Positions 55,783 through 64,000 of a stretch of DNA of 64,000 nt are shown in pieces. The notes under the pieces were generated by a model that ran no database searches, was not told the origin of the DNA, and saw nothing but the letters and a program-made list of their open reading frames with translations. Position numbers and translations under genes: made by a program. Every line of letters begins with the position of its first letter. Position 1 is the first letter of the stretch. Source of the DNA: Cladosporium halotolerans (Eukaryota); contig NW_027191457.1 of the NCBI RefSeq assembly GCF_011745625.1, forward strand, positions 1,054,001 through 1,118,000, written 5' to 3'.

Positions 55783-58050
55783 ATGGAGGTCGAGCTACTC
55801 TCTCAAGCAGACGGCTATGGAATCATCTGCGGGCTGTCCGTTCTTTTCTGCGGTATCATCTTGCTGGCTGTAAGGGTCCAGAAGAGATACTTGTCTGAGG
55901 ATTCGGAGCGCTCGGAGATGTCCATGGTTGCTAATCGCTCCGTGGGAACCGGGTTGACTTGCTCAGCGGTGTTCTCCAGCTGGATGTAAGTGTAAACCTT
56001 GCAAGAGCTCCATCAACTCCAGCGAAAGCAGGACACCTATGGTTTCACATTACGGAACGACACTGACCAGATTCAGGTGGATCAACGAAAGCGTCATTGC
56101 AGCAGCATACACTTACAGATGGGGCGTGGCTCTCCCGATCTGGTGGGCTAGCGGACTATCGTTCCAAATCGCCTTGATGGCAGTCATGGGCATTGTCGCC
56201 AAGCTCCGAGTCCCTTACGCTCACACGTCGCTGGAATTCATCAAGATCAGAGACGGAAAGTACGCTCACGGGATATTCATCTTGTTGAACCTCATCAACA
56301 ACATCTTTGGCTGTGGAGGAATGATCCTAGCGGGCGCACAGCTGGTTTCTGGAATGACGGGAATGCACATCGCCGCAGCTGGGATTTTCATACCCGCCGG
56401 AGGTTTGACACTCGCCCCTTCCGTGAGGGTGATTAAAGTGCTGACCCGTCATCTCTGGCAGTCGTCATCTACACCGCTGTCGGCGGCCTCAAAGCTACGT
56501 TCCTGACCGACTATCTCACACTACCGTTGCTTTGGTTCTCCTTATCTACTTATCGCTCGCAGTCCTCACCAATGAGCACGTTGGAGGTATATCTGGTCTC
56601 TATGACAAGGTCATGGCGAGCGAGGTGTATGTTGAAGGGAATTTTGCGGGCTCACTTCTGTCAGCCAAGTCCAGAGGAGGTTCGCTACACCACTAAAAGA
56701 AATCTGAGAAGAGGTACCAATTACAAGCACAGCTATCCTGTTTGGATTAGTCCTAAAGTTCGGCAACCTCGCACTCGTTCTGGTCGATATAGCGTTCTGG
56801 CAAAAGGCGTCTGCATCGGACGTGAAAGCTACAGTACCGGCTTACTATCTTGCCTCCATCGTCATCCTGGCGGTACCATGGTGTACTGGGACCATCATTG
56901 GACTGTCTGCAAGAGCAATCGAGAACAATCCGGTGTGGGCATTGTATCCCGGTACATTATCTGAGACCCAGGTGAATTCTGGAATGATAATGCCCTATGT
57001 TCTCAAATCTCTGCTGGGATCGGGTGCTACAGAGGTCTACTAGTTTTGATCTTCATGGCCATCACTAGCACTGTGTCATCTAGCATGATCGCAGTATCCA
57101 GTATTCTTTCTCTCGACATCTACAGGACTTACTCCAACCCGACGGCCTCCGACCGCAAGACGCTTCAGGTGAGCCATCTTGGCGTGGTATTTCACGGCGC
57201 GTTCATGGCCGGCTTCGCATTGATGTTGAACTACGCTGGCGCCACCAACAATTGGACCACGTACTTCCGACCGATAATCGCGTGCCCAGCGATCTTCCCT
57301 CTCATGTTCACTATCCTGTGGTCTGGACAAACAAAAGCGGCCGCCATTCTGTCGCCCGTCCTCGGACTATTGAGTGGACTCCTGACCTGGTTTGTACTTT
57401 CCTGGCATTGGGGAGGTGCCATCAACATCCACACTACCCAACAGTAACTTCCTGGCCTTTACGGCGCAATTGTGTCCTTCTTTTCCCCAGCAGTCTTCTC
57501 GTTGGCAATCTCACTCGCGAAGCCCAGCCGCTTCGACTGGAGGATCTTTCTGCAGCTCGATCTTATTGAAGAGAAGGTGTCATCGCAAACCACGCTTCCC
57601 TCCACTTCTGGCAGCGAGAATGAAGTTGCTAGTCCGATGGAGGGTCGGAACGACAAGAATGAGAAGAATTCGGTGGGCATATCTGGCGAGTCCAAGACTC
57701 CGTCGAACAGCGTCGGCAATTCTGCCTCCAAACTCGACGACGTTGTCCACCCAATGTCTCCCGAGACTTTACACCACATACGCAAGTGGTTGAAGATCGC
57801 GTCGGTCTTCTTCGTAGTCAATGTCGTTGTCACCTTGATCCTGTGGCCTCTACCGCTCTACCGCGACTGGATCTTTACGAGGAGCTTCTTCTTCGGCTGG
57901 GTGACGACGGCGATCATTTGGCATTTTGGCGCGATGGCGGCTGTTATCGTTTACCCTTGCTACGATGGCTGGAATGCGATCGCGACATCGATCCAGGGCG
58001 TTGCGAGTGAGATCAAAGGGCCGACATGGAAGCGTGTCTCGAAGAACTAA
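55783..58050 (+). pseudogene. DUR3-like urea/polyamine active transporter (SSS family), disrupted
   Basis: VANRSVGTGL, SSWMW, YTAVGGLKATFLTDY, FWQKA and FMAITSTVSSSMIAVSSI; introns 55986-56076, 56403-56461, 56680-56732. Lesions: -1 near 56516, -1 near 57032 and in-frame TAA at 57445-57447. Confidence 0.85.
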
Positions 58051-58346
58051 GGGACATGGAGCTGACTGCTTGTCGGAGGTATCGCAGGGGCCTTGTGTTC
58101 TCCATATTGATAGACAGATAGAACGATTCACGGAGGTGCAGCTTCCGTGAAAATACTCTCGCTAGTAGGAAAAATGGATCTGAAGTTTCGAATACTGCTG
58201 ATGTACGCTACCTTCTTCTTATTCCTCGGTCACATCATCTTCGATCCAAATTTCCCATTGCTTGCTTTCTTGCGCGTCTTCCGACCGAGTCATCAGCATG
58301 CATCGCGTCCAGGATGCAATAGCTTCCATCCAATCGAACGTGCCAT

Positions 58347-58940
58347 TCACTCTCCCAACGTGCTTTCCACCACCCTTCTGAAAATGTTGATTAGCCGCTG
58401 GGTTTTCTTTTCCACCTTCCATCCATGATGCCGCACGAGGGTGGAGGTGTTCGCATCGATATAATGCAGCATGGTGCCGACAGCGGAAAGCTTCTTGTAA
58501 GTATCAGTCGCGGGCTTGCTGTCCTCGCTTCGATGACTTTCTCTGCTCATCGCTTTTCTCATGCTCGCATGAACTACGCACCTGGAAACGGGGTTATCGT
58601 GCAAGAGGGCGGATGGGGTGGGATGTTGGCCGGATGAAGATTGAATGGATTTTGTGATTGGATTGATACATATTCTGGAAAGCTCTCTCAATCCCAAGAG
58701 GCCGTCGTTCAAGCCTTCGATCGCAAGTGTTTCCCAAAGTGTTCCTGCTTCTGCCAGATCGATCATTCGCGCGCTTGCTGGTGATGCAATGCTCTCAAAT
58801 CTTGAACACTGCGGGTGGTGGTTGTTTGTGGCTGTTGCCCTCCGGGAGAGCGCGATCCCGATCTGTTGTACGCCGATGCGGCGGTCAAGTTGACCGATCT
58901 TGATGATCGTTCGTTGAGAAAGAGTCCGAGCCATAGGCAT
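58347..58940 (-). other. Possible orphan ORF or gene relic (197 aa)
   Basis: ATG-initiated ORF with some amphipathic-looking segments; no family recognised and weak codon bias. Confidence 0.25.
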
Positions 58941-59143
58941 TGCGAGCGCCGTTCAGAATCACCTTGTTGGAGTCTCGGAGCATTGAGAGTAGCCACAGGC
59001 GACTGATTCCGCCTGACCTGATCGCCGACCGTCGCGCGAAGCAACGCGCTGAGCTCGCTCCTGCCACAACTGCTGAAGCGCGCGTTCCCGTGCCTTCCCC
59101 TTCCAGTACAATCACAAAGCGCCTTGGCAGCCCACAGCGCAAA

Positions 59144-60025
59144 TATAAAAAGCCCGCTTCCCAAGCTTCCCAAGCTTTCCACCGACAACACCCACCACCC
59201 ACCAACACCAACCACCACACAACCCATCACCCACAACATGCACCCCATCCCCTTTGTTCCCTCAAGTTTCCGACACGCCGAAGAGCAGCAGGTGCTTCAT
59301 TGCGCTTGACTCGTTCCTCTCGAGGCACCATCGTCTATCACGCAGTAGGCGCACACCACGCTTTGCTGTAGGTCAATGGTGTCCTGCACAGTAGCGCTCC
59401 ATTGCCCTCTGGGCTTTGCAGACACCGCGATACTGTTCATGGTTCTTAGCGAACTGACTGTGCTGTTCGGCCGATGAGCCAACGCGTGTCCTCAGGATAT
59501 GGCGACTCGACGGGTGTCCGACCACTCGAAGAGGGACCATAAGTGCTCCCTGCAAGGAAAGGTTACGGAGATCGACCGAGCGGTGCCTTTACTCGGCGTG
59601 AGACTGTCTCCGGAACTTGTAATAGCCTCCATGGATTTAGGGGCTTTCACCAGCTCTAACAGTCGCAGCTACGCAAGCAGGCTTAACTGTCTGTGGCCTC
59701 CGGGTCGGCGTAGAACAACGGGAGTAAACATTCGGCATCCGCACCAGGCAAGCTCGCCGTCGAGCACCTGGTGGAAGGTAAGTCTCACACTAACATTTGG
59801 CGGCATGCAATCCCAGCCTGCCGCCCCCGTCTTGCTAACGTTGTGTAGGCCATCAGTTACTTGGCTCACTTGACAGTGGGCCGGGCGCTGGAGGCCTTCC
59901 ATTCTGTCTTCGACCTTAGCAAGTATTCTGAATGTGTGCTTTCTGTTACCGTCACTATTGCGCATCACACCAGGCAGGCGAAGTGTCTAGTTCGCCCAAA
60001 TGCTGCATGGCGTGCGGTGAGGTGA
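59144..60025 (+). other. Candidate spliced transcription unit or decayed gene
   Basis: TATAAAA at 59144, CA-rich leader, caacATG at 59238 and canonical intron 59778-59848 (GTAAGT..GCTAAC..TAG). The reading frame is broken by stops. Confidence 0.4.
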
Positions 60026-60324
60026 GGTTAGATGAGGTTGCAAGAAGATTTGTGGGGCTGGAAAGCTTGGTACCCACCAATGCCTCCACTCATGCACGCC
60101 ATGTCTTCAAGGCTGCCACGCGAACTGTAGACTACGCTGTCAACACCTCTGGCAGTTGATTGTCGTCAATACTTCGCCAATGATTCGCCAATGCGATAGA
60201 AATAGTGTTCACAATACTAACACTGTGGACTCCATCGCCCTGTGATCCCCGATGCCTGAGGTGTGCAGCATCGCGCATTGACCCCACATGTGCCAACCAT
60301 ATCTGGCATGTGATTGAGAGAGCA

Positions 60325-60343
60325 CGCGCGCGCGCGCGCGCGC
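60325..60343. repeat. (CG)9 dinucleotide microsatellite
   Basis: cgcgcgcgcgcgcgcgcgc read directly. Confidence 0.9.
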
Positions 60344-60633
60344 CTGCCAGTGTAGGATAAAGCCTTTGCGCAAAACGCACTCTGCCATTTTCCTCCAACA
60401 TCGCCGACAGCCGGCTTTCGAAGACTCGCTTTCGCTTGCGTTTGCTGCCACGATTACCACTTGAGACAGATCAACTCACTGCCATTGACCACTTAGTACA
60501 CAAACGTCCACTGCCACTGCCACTGGCCACGTGAAATATCTGCGCTGATTGTTATCTTCGACCAGGCAAGAAAACTGCCTCGCCGCTGAGCACCCTCCGC
60601 TAACCTTCTGCTCAATAGGCCCCTGCCTCGACA

Positions 60634-61125
60634 ATGGCGGACAACTCGCAGACAACCAACCAGGACATTCCGTCCTCCAACGCGACCGCCACTCTCGGGC
60701 ACCTCGGGCGCCCGATCCCAGAGGCCAGGGCTTACCTCAACAAGGCCCAGCGTTTCGTGTCCTTCGCCAAGTATCTACACGGACAGCTGCTCGCCGCCCG
60801 CCGCCGCTTCAGCGACTACCACTTCGAGCGCCCGACCACAGAGGACATGAGAGATATCTCCGCCATCAAGACGCAATTCCGCCAGCTGTGCGACGGCACC
60901 CTTCTCGACGGCGCTAACGAGGCTCTCAACGACAGCTTTCTCGAGGAAGTCAACAAGGAGCTGGCCAAGCTCGAGAGGATGCCTGCACTCGGCTCGATTG
61001 AGACACTGGCACTTTGGAAGCACACCGCCAAGCTTGTACAGGAGGGCAAGGACGTCAAGGTAGAGTTCGAAGAAGTTGCGGAGGATCTGAGGATGAAGAG
61101 CCGCAAGGCTCTCATCGGTATCTGA
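60634..61125 (+). CDS. Hypothetical helical protein (163 aa)
   Basis: acaATGG start, intronless, C/G third-position bias like neighbouring genes. Confidence 0.72.
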   Translation: MADNSQTTNQDIPSSNATATLGHLGRPIPEARAYLNKAQRFVSFAKYLHGQLLAARRRFSDYHFERPTTEDMRDISAIKTQFRQLCDGTLLDGANEALNDSFLEEVNKELAKLERMPALGSIETLALWKHTAKLVQEGKDVKVEFEEVAEDLRMKSRKALIGI

Positions 61126-61699
61126 AGGCTTGACAACGGCAACTCCGTCCCTTCAAGATTTTTACTGTGGCAGTGCCATGGTTGTCCAAGCTATTGTGAG
61201 TGGGGCTTGTCCACTCCCGCCGTCAAATCGGTTATTCAAAGGCACAGCGTTCGAAGCGGCAGCTCACTTGCCTTCAAATACCATTAGCATAGCGACTCCT
61301 TCTGCGTGTCATAGCTTTTCAGCGACATCGCAATGAAACGAATTCCCTTACCAAGATTTCTTCATGCTCAGTGAATTGAGACTGCCGTCTGCTGGGGGTC
61401 TCGTGATGTAGGCCTGACTCTAGTCTTAGCGCGCGTGAATGGAGAGCATTGTTTGCTTGCAACCTAAGCTGCAGACCTGAATACCGCACTTCACATCATT
61501 GCACCAAAAGGCTCACAACGACAGACGCAATGTTCATCCTTCACCACGACCGATGTTGTTACCTCTGCCTGCTATAAGTTCGTCAAAAGCCGCCGCGGCG
61601 CTCACTGTTCCTTAACCACAACTACAAGTATTCAAGCTTGCCTGACGCTACATCTACACCCAAACCAACCGAAACGATTCCCAAGCGCCCAGCGCACCA

Positions 61700-62143
61700 A
61701 TGAACAGCCCCGACGACACCACCTTCAACACACCAGGCCTCTTTTGGGGCGCCGCGTGCGAGCGCCAACTCCTCCGCGTCCGCGACTACGTAGCGGAAGT
61801 CAAACAGCTGACGGAGAACATCAACGCGGAAGTCGCGAAGCTCAGAGACGTGGACACCGAAAGCAAGCGTTTCGACCTCAGTAAGCTGATGCCCATGCTC
61901 CACCGCGCGAACGAGCTGCTGCTGAGCCAGGTCGCGACGCAGAAGTATTTCGACGAGTGGACGGATCGCCGGTTCAAGGGAGAGCAGTGGGAGGGAGAGG
62001 GCAGCGTTCGCGCGGTGGAGGCGCTGTTTGCGATGACGAGGATGTTGGAGTCTGTTGCGCCGGCTGTGAGGAGGTTGAGGGAGGCTTTCAAGGGTGCGGA
62101 AAGCCTCGATGTTCATTTCGATTTGTCCAAGCGAATCAGATAG
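61700..62143 (+). CDS. Hypothetical helical protein (147 aa)
   Basis: TATAA near 61573, CA-rich leader and GC3-biased ORF. Confidence 0.68.
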   Translation: MNSPDDTTFNTPGLFWGAACERQLLRVRDYVAEVKQLTENINAEVAKLRDVDTESKRFDLSKLMPMLHRANELLLSQVATQKYFDEWTDRRFKGEQWEGEGSVRAVEALFAMTRMLESVAPAVRRLREAFKGAESLDVHFDLSKRIR

Positions 62144-62310
62144 CGCGGCATGGATGTATCGCAAGCGGAAGCAGCAAGAGTCAGGCTCGCTAGAGGTATA
62201 GGCAGATGGCTTGAGGCTTGTTATGACATCAAAGGTGTTGCATTAGGTCGTTCCATGCATATCTTCTTTTTGAGTTTAGTTTGTTCTCTTGCGATGCCTA
62301 GCACCACCCT

Positions 62311-64000
62311 TTACATGTGCATCCACCTAGCCATCCAAAAGTTCGTGATCCCCTTCGCCTCATCCACCAAGCCCATGTCCAGCAGTAACTGTGTCGTCCC
62401 TCTCACGGCACTCTCAAGCGCGCTGAAGATCCAAGCGTGCGTGTAGCTCGTGTGCTCGCCGACTGCGGAAGTGAAACATTAGCTCAGACCGGCACACATG
62501 ACCAACAAGGGAACACTCTTACCGAATACAGTGTGCTTCTCTGTGTGGAAGTAAGCTGGGAGATATAATTGCTGCTGACCAACCAGCGGCGACGCCCAAG
62601 CGCCGTTCTGGAACTCGTTGTTTTCCCAGCAAATCCGATCGTACGATCCGGTGAACTGGTCCTGCGCAACAGAACCGTGGACCTCGATCATAGCGCGCTG
62701 AACGCGGGCGACATGCTGCTCCTCGGTAAGAGCGGCGAGTGAGCGGGCGTAAGTACCGGAGACGTAGGAAGCGAGGATGACACCGGGACCGGTGGAGTTG
62801 ATGCCGTAGCTTGGGTAGCAGATGCTGCCGACGCCAGGGATGTTAGAGCTGCCGCAGCCGCCGATGATGGGGTGCTCGAGGTGCTCCCAGAAGCGTGTTT
62901 CGTAGTGAAGGGCGACTTTGCAGGATTGCTGGTAGTTCAAGCGGTTGATGGCGCGCGAGAGGAGGGAAGTGTAGTCTGGCATTGGGTTCCACAAGCGTAC
63001 GCGGCTGAAGGGAATGGCGACGACGGCGTAGTCGACCTCCATGGATTGAGGCTCGACGTCGAAAAGGTTGTTATCACGGTGGAGGATAGAGAGCTTTTGA
63101 GTGTTCTCGTCAAACGACATGCCCTGGACCGAGGTTTGGAAGATTGTGCGGTTGAGAACCTGCGGTCCGAAAGCGGCTGGAAGCCGAGAGAGGCCTTTGT
63201 CGATTGTCCGCCACTCCGTAGCCTCAAAGTATACATCTTCATAAAGCCAATTCGGGAGGCTCCCTGAGATGTCGGTCACCTGGTCGGTGATGTTGTTGTC
63301 ATACTGAAGCAAGTACTTCAAGTAGCCAGCTTCAGAAAAGTCGAAGTAGCCGTCCGCAACCGCTTGCTTATGAGCGCGAAAGACGTTCGTGGCGATCGAA
63401 GCGATCTTGTCATGGTCGAGATCGCTCCATTCCTCAATAGCATCTTTCGCCTGCGCAACCAGGGTAGCATTCGAGTATGTTGCGTTGAGGTTGGTGGCGT
63501 ATGCTGGATCATCCGACACTTCTGCAACGCTCGGCACGGTGCCGTCCGGGCGACGCTTTGAAGTGGAAGAGGGCGCTCCGGGGCTACTCTGAATCCACTT
63601 GATGAAGTTGACAGCGAGCGACGAGTCATTGCCGTTCTGCTTGTTGAGTTCATCGGCAAGCTGGAAAACCATCCGGTGATCCATGATCTGCAGCGTTTCG
63701 TTTGTGTCCGGGTCGGAGATACTAACGGGGAAACGCATCGGTCCCATCTCCTGGTATTGGTAGTCTTCGGGTTTTGAGCCGTTGAGATAGGTGGTGTGCA
63801 CTCTTCCGCCGATGCGCGAAGACGCTTCAACGATTGTCCAATCATGGATGCCGACAGAGTCGAGCAGATGGGCAGTCATCAAACCGGACATTCCTCCACC
63901 GAGAATGCCGATGGTCTTGGACTTCTTCCGCGGAAACAAATGCATCCTCGGGCTCCTTTTCTTGCAGGTAGGCCACGCCGTCGAACCAAGGGCCTTCAGC
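62311..64000 (-). CDS. L-amino-acid oxidase / flavin amine oxidase; 5' part outside the window; intron 62522-62463; +1 frameshift at ~63928
   Basis: IGILGGGMSGL (GxGxxG), IVEASSRIGGRVHT, EMGPMRFP and TVF|VGEHTSYTHAWIFSALESAVRG. The upstream AEGPWFDGVAYLQEKEP segment is in a different frame. Confidence 0.9.

Noticed and set aside
13098..64000. Apparent nitrogen or siderophore 'cluster' (arg-2, RidA, ENT, sidL, DUR3, LAO)
   Set aside because: The genes are dispersed among unrelated housekeeping genes, with no NRPS, sidA or pathway regulator in the window.

Overview
Gene-dense, GC-rich eukaryotic DNA from a filamentous ascomycete, shown by short GT-AG introns with CTRAC branch sites. A Dothideomycete-like origin is inferred only. 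About 23 protein-coding loci: Kv-beta-type aldo-keto reductase, a large GH81 endo-1,3-beta-glucanase, mitoribosomal S7, a secreted alpha/beta hydrolase, arg-2/CPA1 with an intron-split arginine attenuator peptide uORF, a type-B carboxylesterase, RidA, a Cid1/CutA-type nucleotidyltransferase, an isochorismatase, a nucleoside transporter, a 2032-aa coiled-coil protein, a SidL-like transacetylase, an ankyrin protein (frameshifted), a Pol mu-type X-family polymerase, MTG1, an LRR protein, a DUR3-like pseudogene, small orphan ORFs and an L-amino-acid oxidase (frameshifted, cut by the window edge). No rRNA, tRNA, CRISPR or recognisable transposon was seen. Most notable observations: KR-delimited peptide repeats on the GH81 C-terminus, the hidden AAP uORF, a GCCTGAGGC motif array upstream of sidL, recurring strand-symmetric C-rich to G-rich switches, a candidate intron-retention switch in the LRR gene, and two identical TTCG>TTCCG frameshifts. 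All family calls come from motif recognition; no searches were run.
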